The position numbers and the translations under genes were made by a program. Source: Nocardioides sp. (GTDB taxonomy: Bacteria; Actinomycetota; Actinomycetes; Propionibacteriales; Nocardioidaceae). Taken from it: a stretch of DNA of 64,000 bases. The notes under the pieces are model-generated. The model did not search any database. It was not told the DNA's origin and saw nothing but the letters and a program-made list of their open reading frames with translations. The DNA lies in assembly GCF_039767735.1 (NCBI RefSeq), contig NZ_JBDNBX010000053.1; one strand, written 5' to 3'. How positions within the stretch are numbered: the first letter of the stretch is position 1; each line of letters begins with the position of its first letter. This document shows positions 25,920 through 33,747 of the stretch, one piece after another.

Positions 25920-27001
25920 GGAGTGGCCACCTCCTCCTCGCCGGCAGCGGCGAGGACCTCGTTGAGGATGCTCAGGTCGTAGAGGTCGGTGACCGGAGGT
26001 GCGTCGTCGAGACCCTCGAGCAGCTCGACCCCGGCCGCATCGGTGGCGTCCTCCTCCAGGCTCGCAGGGATCGGGTCGTTGGTGAAGGTCAGGTTGCCCC
26101 AGGCCTCGGCGAGGACCTCCGGGTCGAGCGGCGCGTCGGTGAGCTCGGCGACCCGGGCGCCGACCACGTCGCGGGCCTCGTCGGGCTCGTCGGAGATGAA
26201 GGCATTGGCCTGCACGGTGGCCTCGAGGACCGCGCGCACCAGGTCGGGGTGATCTGCGAGGAACTCGGCGTTGACCAACAGGTGCGTCGTGACGAACTGC
26301 CCCCCGGTCTCGGGCCAGACCTCGGACTCGTCGACCAGCTTGCTGCCGCCCTCGGCCACCAGGATGCTCGCCCACGGCTCGGGCACCCAGGCACCGGCGA
26401 GGTTGCCGTCGCGGAACTCGTTGACGGTCACCGGGTTGTCCGTCGGGACGATCGAGATGTCGCCACCCCCCTCGAGGTCGGTCTCGAACCCCTCGTCGGC
26501 GAGGTAGGCCCGCGCCGCCACGTCCTGGGTGTTGCCCAGGCTCGGCGTCGCGATCCGCTCGCCACGCAGGTCCTCCAGGCTCTCGACTCCGTCCTGGACG
26601 ACGAGGGCGGCGCCCCCCGAGGCAGCCCCGGAGATCACCCGGACCGAGTCGGGGCCCTGGACGAAGGCGGACAGTGCGGGCCCGGGCCCGATGAAGCTCA
26701 GGTCGAGCGAGCCGTCCTGAACGGCCTGGTAGGCGTCGGTGCCGGAGTTGAACTGCGCGTAGGCGGGCGCCGCGTCGACCGCACCCAGCGTCTCGTCGAA
26801 GAAGCCCTCCTGCTCGGCGACGATGGCGGTGCCGTGCGTGATGTTGGGGAAGTACCCGATCTTCACCTCGGTGCCGGCGTCACCGCCGTCACCGCCGGCC
26901 CTGGCCTCCGAGCAGCCGGTGAGGCCGACGGCGGCCACCAGGGCGATCGCGGCCAGGGCTGCTGGTCGGTGGTGCAGTCGCGTCAGGTTCTGCTGGTGCA
27001 T
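25916..27001 (-). CDS. ABC substrate-binding lipoprotein (NMT1/SsuA-like)
   Basis: Signal peptide with lipobox LTGCS, then KIGYFPNITHGTAIVAEQEGFF, typical of SsuA/NMT1-type binding proteins. ATG at 27001 with GAAGGA 8 nt upstream. Confidence 0.75.
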   Translation of the reverse strand: MHQQNLTRLHHRPAALAAIALVAAVGLTGCSEARAGGDGGDAGTEVKIGYFPNITHGTAIVAEQEGFFDETLGAVDAAPAYAQFNSGTDAYQAVQDGSLDLSFIGPGPALSAFVQGPDSVRVISGAASGGAALVVQDGVESLEDLRGERIATPSLGNTQDVAARAYLADEGFETDLEGGGDISIVPTDNPVTVNEFRDGNLAGAWVPEPWASILVAEGGSKLVDESEVWPETGGQFVTTHLLVNAEFLADHPDLVRAVLEATVQANAFISDEPDEARDVVGARVAELTDAPLDPEVLAEAWGNLTFTNDPIPASLEEDATDAAGVELLEGLDDAPPVTDLYDLSILNEVLAAAGEEEVATP

Positions 27002-27063
27002 GGCGGTGATGTCCTTCGTTCGTGTCGAGGGGCGGTGGGCGTCGGGGGCGAGCCCGAGCAACC

Positions 27064-27110
27064 GTACTTTAACTCGATCAATATGATGGACTTTAGTAAG
27101 TTACGCAACT
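27064..27110. promoter_or_regulatory. AT-rich island, probable promoter region of the ABC importer operon
   Basis: tactttaactcgatcaatatgatggactttagtaagttacgcaact stands out against the GC-rich background. On the minus strand, TTGCGT-17 nt-CATATT is a plausible -35/-10 pair 60-110 nt upstream of the binding-protein gene. Confidence 0.4.
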
Positions 27111-27257
27111 CGGGCGTGTCGGACGTGTGCGCCAGCACTCCGCGGCGACGGGGACGTCGGGCAGGGCGGTGGCCAGCGGTGGAGGTCGTCTCTCACCTGG
27201 CAGGACGACGGGGGTCCCGCTGATCGGCCGTCTATCCTGGGGGGCACTGAGGACCAT

Positions 27258-27285
27258 TTCTGGACACCTGTCCAGAACATGTTCT
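27258..27285 (+). promoter_or_regulatory. two overlapping perfect palindromes (candidate operator) on the korAB promoter
   Basis: TTCTGGACA-cc-TGTCCAGAA (27258..27277, 9-bp arms) overlaps AGAACA|TGTTCT (27274..27285, 12-bp palindrome). This gives three alternating TTCTGGA-like half sites. Confidence 0.55.
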
Positions 27286-27290
27286 AGTTT
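27261..27290 (+). promoter_or_regulatory. predicted sigma-70-type promoter of korAB
   Basis: -35 TGGACA (27261..27266), 18-nt spacer, -10 TAGTTT (27285..27290, fits the actinobacterial TANNNT pattern). It lies about 57 nt upstream of the korA GTG, and a GAGGGTGG Shine-Dalgarno-like element precedes the start. Confidence 0.4.
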
Positions 27291-27346
27291 CGGCGGAGCC
27301 CGCGCGACGCGCGACAGGCAGCCACAGCACGGATGAGGGTGGAACA

Positions 27347-29317
27347 GTGTCCAAGCAGGTCAAGCAGCTCGATCGGGTGATCATCCGGTTCGCGGGTGAT
27401 TCCGGTGACGGGATGCAGCTCACCGGTGATCGGTTCACGTCGGAGTCGGCGGTGTTCGGCAACGACTTGATGACGCTGCCGAACTTCCCTGCCGAGATCC
27501 GTGCGCCTGCCGGGACGATGGCGGGGGTCTCCTCGTTCCAGGTCCACTTCGCCGATCACGACATCCTCACCGCCGGTGATGCCCCCGACGTGCTGGTCGC
27601 GATGAATCCGGCCGCGTTGCGGGCCAACCTGGGCGACCTGCCCAAGGGCGCGACGGTGATCGTGGACACCCACGACTTCACCAAGCGCAACCTCGACAAG
27701 GCCGGCTACACCGCGAACCCGTTGGACTCGCTGGGCGATGCGGCCCCGGGTCACCCGATGGCCGACTTCAACGTCCACACCGTCGACCTGACCGGGATGA
27801 CGGTCGAGGCGGTCAAGGAGTACGGGCTGTCGAGGAAGGACGCGGCGCGGGCGAAGAACATGTTCGCGTTGGGTCTGCTGTCGTGGATGTACGGGCGCCC
27901 GACCGAGGGCACCGAGGCGTTCCTGGCCAAGCGGTTCGCGAAGGTGCCCGACATCCGCGACGCGAATATCACCGCGTTCAAGACCGGCTGGAACTACGGC
28001 GAGACCACCGAGGCGTTCGCGGTCCAGTACGAGATCAAGCCCGCCGAGATGACCGCCGGCACCTACCGCAACATCACCGGCAACCTGGCGCTGTCCTACG
28101 GCCTGGTCGCCGCCGGGGTCCAGTCCGGGCTCCCGGTGTTCCTCGGCTCCTACCCGATCACCCCGGCCTCCGACATCCTCCACGAGCTGTCCAAGCACAA
28201 GTCGTTCGGCGTGACCACGCTGCAGGCCGAGGACGAGATCGCCGGCGTGGGTGCCGCGATCGGGGCCTCGTTCGCCGGCTCGCTCGGGGTCACCACCACC
28301 TCCGGGCCCGGGATCGCGTTGAAGTCCGAGGCCATCGGCCTGGCCGTGATGACCGAGCTCCCGCTGCTGGTCATCGACGTCCAGCGCGGCGGACCCTCCA
28401 CCGGGCTGCCGACCAAGACCGAGCAGGCCGACCTGCTCCAAGCGATGTTCGGACGCAACGGTGAGGCACCCGTGCCGATCGTGGCCCCACAGTCTCCCGG
28501 CGACTGCTTCACCGCAGCCCTCGAGGCCGCCCGGATCGCCATCACCTACCGCACCCCCGTGATGCTGTTGAGCGACGGCTACCTCGCCAACGGCTCCGAG
28601 CCGTGGAAGATCCCCGAGATCGCCGACCTGCCCGTGATCGACCCCGACTTCGCGACCACCACCAACCACGGTGAGGGAGATGATGCGGAGTTCTGGCCCT
28701 ACCTGCGCGACGAGGACACCCTCGCCCGCCCGTGGGCCATCCCCGGCACGCCCGGCCTCGAGCACCGCATCGGCGGCCTCGAGAAGGGTCAGGGCCACGG
28801 CAACATCTCCTACGACCCCGCCAACCACGACCTCATGGTCCGCACCCGTGCCGCCAAGATCGCCCGGATCGCCGACTCCCTACCCCCGCTGGAGGTCGAC
28901 GACCCCTCCGGCCCCCCAGGACAAGGCAAGGCCAAGGTCCTGGTCCTGGGCTGGGGCTCGACCTACGGCCCGATCGGTGCCGCCTGCCGGCGCGTACGCC
29001 GCGCCGGCTACCACGTCGCCCAGACCCACCTGCGCCACCTCAACCCGTTCCCCCACGACCTCGGGGAGATCCTCGCCCGCTACGACAAGGTGATGGTGCC
29101 CGAGATGAACCTCGGCCAGCTCGCCCTGCTGCTACGCGGCACCTACCTCGTCGACGCCGTCGGGTTCAACCAGGTCAACGGCATGCCCATCAAGGCAGCC
29201 GACCTCGCCGAGGCCCTCGGCACCCTGGTCGCCGAGACCGAGGGCATCGACCTCGACCCCGCCGTGTTCTCCCACCCCACCACCGCGCCCGCCGACCACG
29301 AGGAGGCTCCCCGATGA
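27347..29317 (+). CDS. korA: 2-oxoglutarate:ferredoxin oxidoreductase subunit alpha
   Basis: N-terminus IIRFAGDSGDGMQLTGDRFTSESAVFGNDLMTLPNFPAEIRAP and the downstream pyruvate-flavodoxin/ferredoxin oxidoreductase core (GSYPITPASDILHEL) are typical of actinobacterial KorA. Confidence 0.85.
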   Translation: MSKQVKQLDRVIIRFAGDSGDGMQLTGDRFTSESAVFGNDLMTLPNFPAEIRAPAGTMAGVSSFQVHFADHDILTAGDAPDVLVAMNPAALRANLGDLPKGATVIVDTHDFTKRNLDKAGYTANPLDSLGDAAPGHPMADFNVHTVDLTGMTVEAVKEYGLSRKDAARAKNMFALGLLSWMYGRPTEGTEAFLAKRFAKVPDIRDANITAFKTGWNYGETTEAFAVQYEIKPAEMTAGTYRNITGNLALSYGLVAAGVQSGLPVFLGSYPITPASDILHELSKHKSFGVTTLQAEDEIAGVGAAIGASFAGSLGVTTTSGPGIALKSEAIGLAVMTELPLLVIDVQRGGPSTGLPTKTEQADLLQAMFGRNGEAPVPIVAPQSPGDCFTAALEAARIAITYRTPVMLLSDGYLANGSEPWKIPEIADLPVIDPDFATTTNHGEGDDAEFWPYLRDEDTLARPWAIPGTPGLEHRIGGLEKGQGHGNISYDPANHDLMVRTRAAKIARIADSLPPLEVDDPSGPPGQGKAKVLVLGWGSTYGPIGAACRRVRRAGYHVAQTHLRHLNPFPHDLGEILARYDKVMVPEMNLGQLALLLRGTYLVDAVGFNQVNGMPIKAADLAEALGTLVAETEGIDLDPAVFSHPTTAPADHEEAPR

Positions 29318-30453
29318 GCACCACCACCGACCTCGGCGTGCCCGCACTGCGCTCGGGCACCGAGTCCGTCCCCACCCTCGACGCCGGAGCCCCCGCCCAG
29401 ACCGGCAAGGAGTTCACCTCCGACCAAGAGGTCCGCTGGTGCCCCGGCTGCGGCGACTACGCCGTCCTCAAGGCCGTCCAGTCCTTCCTGCCCGATCTGG
29501 GCCTGCGCCGCGAGAACATCGTCTTCGTCTCCGGGATCGGCTGCTCGTCCCGCTTCCCCTACTACCTCGACACCTACGGCATGCACTCCATCCACGGACG
29601 CGCCCCCTCGATCGCCACCGGCATCGCCACCGCCCGCGAAGACCTCAACGTCTGGGTCGTCACCGGCGACGGCGACGCCCTGTCCATCGGCGGCAACCAC
29701 CTCATCCACGCCCTGCGCCGCAACATCAACATGACGATCCTGCTGTTCAACAACCGGATCTACGGCCTCACCAAGGGCCAGTACTCCCCCACCTCCGAGG
29801 CCGGCAAGATCACCAAGTCCACCCCCATGGGCTCCCTGGACCACCCCTTCAACCCTGTCTCGCTCGCCCTCGGCGCCGAAGCCTCCTTCGTGGCCCGCAC
29901 CATCGACTCCGACCGCAAGCACCTCACCTCCGTCCTCGCCGCCGCCGCAGCCCACCGCGGCACCAGCCTGGTCGAGATCTACCAGAACTGCCCCATCTTC
30001 AACGACGGCGCCTTCGACGCCATCAAGGACCGCGACACCAAGGACAACGCCCTCATCCCCCTGGTCCACGGACAACCCGTGACCTACGGCGTCCCCGACG
30101 CCGACAACAACCCCACCAAGGGCGTGATCCGCGACCCTGCCACCGGTGGCGTCAAGGCCGTCGACCTCGCCGACCTCGGCGGACCCCAGGGCGACCACCA
30201 GACAGCGCTCGACCAGCTCATCGTCCACGACGCCCACAACCCCGACCCCTCCACCGCCTTCGCCATCTCCCGACTCACCGACTCCGGCTACCTCAACACC
30301 TCACCCATCGGCATCTTCCGCCAAGTCCAACGCCCCACCTACGACGACCAGGCCCGCGCCCAGATCCGCTCCTCACAAGACGCCGCCCCCGGCACCCCCA
30401 CCGACCGCCTCACCACCCTCATCAACGGCACCGACACCTGGACCGTCGTCTGA
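29314..30453 (+). CDS. korB: 2-oxoglutarate:ferredoxin oxidoreductase subunit beta (TPP-binding)
   Basis: WCPGCGDYAVLKAV and the TPP motif GDGDALSIGGNHLIHALRRN. The ATG overlaps the korA stop (ATGA). Confidence 0.85.
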   Translation: MSTTTDLGVPALRSGTESVPTLDAGAPAQTGKEFTSDQEVRWCPGCGDYAVLKAVQSFLPDLGLRRENIVFVSGIGCSSRFPYYLDTYGMHSIHGRAPSIATGIATAREDLNVWVVTGDGDALSIGGNHLIHALRRNINMTILLFNNRIYGLTKGQYSPTSEAGKITKSTPMGSLDHPFNPVSLALGAEASFVARTIDSDRKHLTSVLAAAAAHRGTSLVEIYQNCPIFNDGAFDAIKDRDTKDNALIPLVHGQPVTYGVPDADNNPTKGVIRDPATGGVKAVDLADLGGPQGDHQTALDQLIVHDAHNPDPSTAFAISRLTDSGYLNTSPIGIFRQVQRPTYDDQARAQIRSSQDAAPGTPTDRLTTLINGTDTWTVV

Positions 30454-30474
30454 GGGACCTGGACCGAGCACGAC

Positions 30475-30507
30475 GAAGGCCCCCACCGCAGCGCGGTGGG
30501 GGCCTTC
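30475..30507. terminator. bidirectional hairpin between korB and the convergent small secreted-protein gene
   Basis: Perfect 15-bp inverted repeat GAAGGCCCCCACCGC-agc-GCGGTGGGGGCCTTC, 21 nt after the korB stop and 16 nt after the convergent stop. Confidence 0.65.
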
Positions 30508-30523
30508 GCTGAACGGATCGGGG

Positions 30524-30976
30524 TCAGGGGAGCGGGCACCTGTCGCCGGGCTTCTTGACGCAGGTGATCCAGACCTCGCTGAGGGTCCCCTTCTTCTTGG
30601 CCCGCCAGGCCCAGGAACCCTTGCGCGGTGCGTAGACCCGCTTGGTGTAGCGGCCCTTCTTGGTGACCTTGGACTTGCCGAACTTCTTGAAGTTGCAGGT
30701 GCCCCGCTCGGCGTTGCAGTTGGTCGCCCTCTGGATGACGACCGGACCCTTCTTGGGGCGGATCACGCCGGTCAGGAAGAGCTTGCCGCCCTGGCGCTTG
30801 ACGATCTTGGCGGTGAGCTTCCTCGCGCTCCGTGCCGCCACCGGCGCCGCCATCGGGCTCGCACCGGCCGCGGCGCGCTCGGGGCCGGAGGCCGATGCCG
30901 AGGACGCGGTGGCGGCGGGCAGCAGCCCCACGAGTGCGAAGGCGAGAAGGGCGACGAGAAGGCGAGTTGCTCGCAT
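30524..30976 (-). CDS. small secreted, extremely basic Lys-rich protein with four cysteines (hypothetical)
   Basis: Sec-type signal peptide MRATRLLVALLAFALVGLLPAATASSASA, then a mature part rich in K/R (KKGPVVIQRATNCNAERGTCNFKKFGKSKVTKKGRYTKR...). GGAG lies 5 nt upstream of ATG 30976. Confidence 0.6.
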   Translation of the reverse strand: MRATRLLVALLAFALVGLLPAATASSASASGPERAAAGASPMAAPVAARSARKLTAKIVKRQGGKLFLTGVIRPKKGPVVIQRATNCNAERGTCNFKKFGKSKVTKKGRYTKRVYAPRKGSWAWRAKKKGTLSEVWITCVKKPGDRCPLP

Positions 30977-31116
30977 GGGATCTCCCTGGAGATGGTGGGT
31001 GAGTGTCGTGGGCGTCCTGCCCACCGAGCACGGTGGCAAACGTTGCGTCCCCATGGCAGCGCACCGGCCGCGAGCCCCTTGCCGGCTCACCCCGACACCG
31101 TAGCCGCCGGGGGCGG

Positions 31117-32151
31117 TCAGGCGGAGCGAATCGCCACGACGTCGGCGAAGGCGTCGAGGGCCTCCCGCACCGGCCCCGGCGCCAGCACGTCGAGCAGCGC
31201 CTTGGCCTCGGCGGCCTGACCCACGACGTACGCACGGGCCTGGGCCATCGCGGGGTGCGCGCGCAACAGCCCCAGGGCCTCGGCGACCTCCTCCTCGTCG
31301 GTGATCGGTGCCGCGAGCAGCTCGTGCAGCCGGGCATCCGCCGGGTCGCCCGAGGCCAGGGCCATCAGCACCGGCAGGGTCGGGACCCCCTCGCGCAGGT
31401 CCGTGCCGGGGGTCTTGCCCGACTCCTCGCTCTCCGAGGCGATGTCGAGGATGTCGTCGGAGAGCTGGAACGCGGTGCCCACGATCTCGCCGTACGCCGT
31501 CAACGCCTCCTCGACCTCCGGCGTCGCTCCGCCGAAGCGTGCGCCGTAGCGGGCCGAGGTCGCGATCAGGGAGCCCGTCTTGCCGGCCACCACGTCGAGG
31601 TAGTGCTGCAGCGGGTCCTCCCCCGGACCCGGCTTGACGGTCTCGAGGATCTGGCCCTCGACCAGCCGGGTGAAGGTCTCGGCCTGGATGCGCACCGCGT
31701 CGGCGCCGAGCAGGGCGGTCAGCTCGGAGGACTTCGCGAAGAGGAAGTCCCCGGTCAGGATGGCGACGAGGTTGTCCCAACGGGCGTTGGCCGAGTCGGC
31801 CCCGCGGCGCAGGTCCGCCTCGTCCATGACGTCGTCGTGGTAGAGCGAGCCGACGTGGGTGATCTCCACGACGCACGCCGCGGTGACGACGTCGGAGGAG
31901 TCGGGCCGGGTGCCGGTCTCGGCAGCCAGCAGCACCAGCAACGGCCGGAACCGCTTGCCGCCGGCCGAGAGCAGGTGCTGGGCCGCCTGCGTGACGTACG
32001 GCGCGCGGCTGACCGCGTGCCCGAAGAGCGCCTCCTCGACCTCGGCCATCCGCTCGCTGAGCCGGCGCGCCAGCCGGGCATCGGTGATGGGCAGCGCCAG
32101 GTCGACCGGGTCCCCTGGTGAGGGAGCCGCGGAGGGAGTGGACGTCGTCAC
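31117..32151 (-). CDS. polyprenyl diphosphate synthase (trans-IPPS; menaquinone side chain, GrcC/HepS-like)
   Basis: First and second Asp-rich motifs LYHDDVMDEADLRRG and FQLSDDILD. GTG at 32151 overlaps the nuoN stop (GTGA). Confidence 0.85.
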   Translation of the reverse strand: MTTSTPSAAPSPGDPVDLALPITDARLARRLSERMAEVEEALFGHAVSRAPYVTQAAQHLLSAGGKRFRPLLVLLAAETGTRPDSSDVVTAACVVEITHVGSLYHDDVMDEADLRRGADSANARWDNLVAILTGDFLFAKSSELTALLGADAVRIQAETFTRLVEGQILETVKPGPGEDPLQHYLDVVAGKTGSLIATSARYGARFGGATPEVEEALTAYGEIVGTAFQLSDDILDIASESEESGKTPGTDLREGVPTLPVLMALASGDPADARLHELLAAPITDEEEVAEALGLLRAHPAMAQARAYVVGQAAEAKALLDVLAPGPVREALDAFADVVAIRSA

Positions 32152-33746
32152 CTGATGAAGTCTCCCGCATGCACCGCGAGGTCGAGTACCGGACCGGGTA
32201 CGACGCCGAGGAACAGGGTCGCCGCGGCGCACACCGCGATGGTCAGGCCCGTGAGCGGCGAGGCCGTGGTGACCTCGGCGACCTCGACACACGGCTCGGG
32301 GTCGGTGAAGTACATGAGTCGGATGAAGCGCACGTAGAAGTAGACCGCGATGATGCTCGAGGCGATCGCGACGAGCACGACCGGCCAGGCACCGGCGGAC
32401 ATGGCCACGGTGAACACCGCCCACTTGCCCACGAACCCGGCGGTGAGTGGGATGCCGGCCATCGACAGCAGGAAGAAGGCGAACAGTCCCGCGACGAGCG
32501 GCGAGCGCTTGCCGAGCCCGGTCCAGCGGACGAACGACGAGGACTCGCCGTTCGCGTCCCGTACGACGGTCACCAGGGCGAAGGCGCCGAGCGAGGCCAC
32601 GCCGTAGGAGGTCAGGTAGAACAGCACCGCCTGCAGCGACGTGATCTGGCCGTCGGCCAGCTCCCCCGCCGACTGCAGACCCAGGACGCCGGTGATCAGG
32701 AAGCCGGTGTGGGCGATGGCCGAGTAGGCCAGCATCCGCTTCACGTCGGTCTGCGCGATCGCCACGACGGCTCCGACCAGCATGGTGAGGATCGCGACGA
32801 CCCACAGCATCGGCTGCCAGTCCCAGCGGTCCGCGCCGAAGCCGACGTAGAAGAGACGCAGCATCGCACCGAAGGCCGCCACCTTGGTGCCGGCCGACAT
32901 GAAGGCGGTCACCGCGGTCGGGGCGCCCTGGTAGACGTCCGGGGTCCAGGCCTGGAAGGGCACGGCACCGACCTTGAAGAGCAGGCCGACCGAGAGCAGC
33001 GCGATGCCGAGGATGAGCAGGATCTCGTTGTCGGCGCCGTTGACCACGGCCTCGTTGATGGCCGCCAGGTCCATCGAGCCGGCGTAGCCGTAGACCAGCG
33101 CCAGGCCGTAGAGGAAGAACCCGGAGGAGAAGGCGCCGAGGAGGAAGTACTTCATCGCCGCCTCCTGGCTCAGCAGGCGGCGCCGGCGCGCCAGGCCGCA
33201 GAGCAGGTAGAGCGGCAGCGAGAGCACCTCGAGGGCGACGAACATCGTGAGCAGGTCACCGGATGCGGGGAAGAGCAGCATGCCCGCGACGGCGAACATG
33301 ACCAGCGGGTAGACCTCGGTGTGGGCCAGGCCCTTCGTGGAGGCCTCGCGCTCGGCGTCGGTGCCCGGAAGCGCCGCCGCCTGGCCGGCGAAGGCCGAGA
33401 CGCCGGCCTCGAGCTTGCGCTCGGCGAAGAGCGCGACCCCGCCGAGGGCGAAGACGAGGACCAGGCCCCACAGGTAGATCGTGGGGCCGTCGACGACGAT
33501 GGATCCCTCGGCGCCGACGAGGCCCTGCCCGGCGCCGTCGGCGCCAGCAGGGTCCAGGTTGAGACCGACCGCGATCGTGGCTCCCAGGGCGGCGAGCACG
33601 CCGACCCCCGCCAGCGTGCTCTGCACGACGTGACGGCGCTCGCGCGGCAGGAACGCCTCGACGATGACGCCCAGGCAGGCGACGGCCAGGACGATCAGCA
33701 GCGGCGAGAGCTCGGCGTACTCGATGGTGGGCTTGACGTAGTCCAT
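32148..33746 (-). CDS. nuoN: NADH-quinone oxidoreductase subunit N
   Basis: Antiporter-like polytopic subunit, last in the nuoA-N order. ATG at 33746 (MDYVKPTIEYAELSPLL) lies 1 nt after the nuoM stop. Confidence 0.85.
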   Translation of the reverse strand: MDYVKPTIEYAELSPLLIVLAVACLGVIVEAFLPRERRHVVQSTLAGVGVLAALGATIAVGLNLDPAGADGAGQGLVGAEGSIVVDGPTIYLWGLVLVFALGGVALFAERKLEAGVSAFAGQAAALPGTDAEREASTKGLAHTEVYPLVMFAVAGMLLFPASGDLLTMFVALEVLSLPLYLLCGLARRRRLLSQEAAMKYFLLGAFSSGFFLYGLALVYGYAGSMDLAAINEAVVNGADNEILLILGIALLSVGLLFKVGAVPFQAWTPDVYQGAPTAVTAFMSAGTKVAAFGAMLRLFYVGFGADRWDWQPMLWVVAILTMLVGAVVAIAQTDVKRMLAYSAIAHTGFLITGVLGLQSAGELADGQITSLQAVLFYLTSYGVASLGAFALVTVVRDANGESSSFVRWTGLGKRSPLVAGLFAFFLLSMAGIPLTAGFVGKWAVFTVAMSAGAWPVVLVAIASSIIAVYFYVRFIRLMYFTDPEPCVEVAEVTTASPLTGLTIAVCAAATLFLGVVPGPVLDLAVHAGDFIR

Positions 33747-33747
33747 C

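Noticed and set aside
27274-27285. GAACATGTTC as a LexA SOS (Cheo) box.
   Set aside because: Gram-positive and actinobacterial SOS boxes are GAAC-N4-GTTC. Here the half sites are separated by only 2 nt, and the flanks (TCGAAC/GTTCGA) do not match.
27127-27336. A 69-aa ORF in the ABC/korA intergenic region, considered as a possible small protein or leader peptide.
   Set aside because: It has no Shine-Dalgarno element and an Arg/Gly/Ser-rich sequence of random appearance. It spans the predicted korAB promoter and operator, so it is more likely non-coding.
27002-27346. A possible TPP or SAM-IV riboswitch upstream of the NMT1/THI5-like binding-protein gene, or upstream of the TPP enzyme genes korAB.
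   Set aside because: I looked on both strands for the conserved cores: CUGAGA ... ACCUGAUCUGGAUAAUGCCAGCG for TPP, and the GGUCAUGAG...GGCAACC...GUGAUGACC arrangement for SAM-IV. I found only fragmentary resemblances (GUGAGAGACGACC, GGGGCACUGAGGA) in the wrong order or spacing. An Infernal/Rfam scan would settle this.
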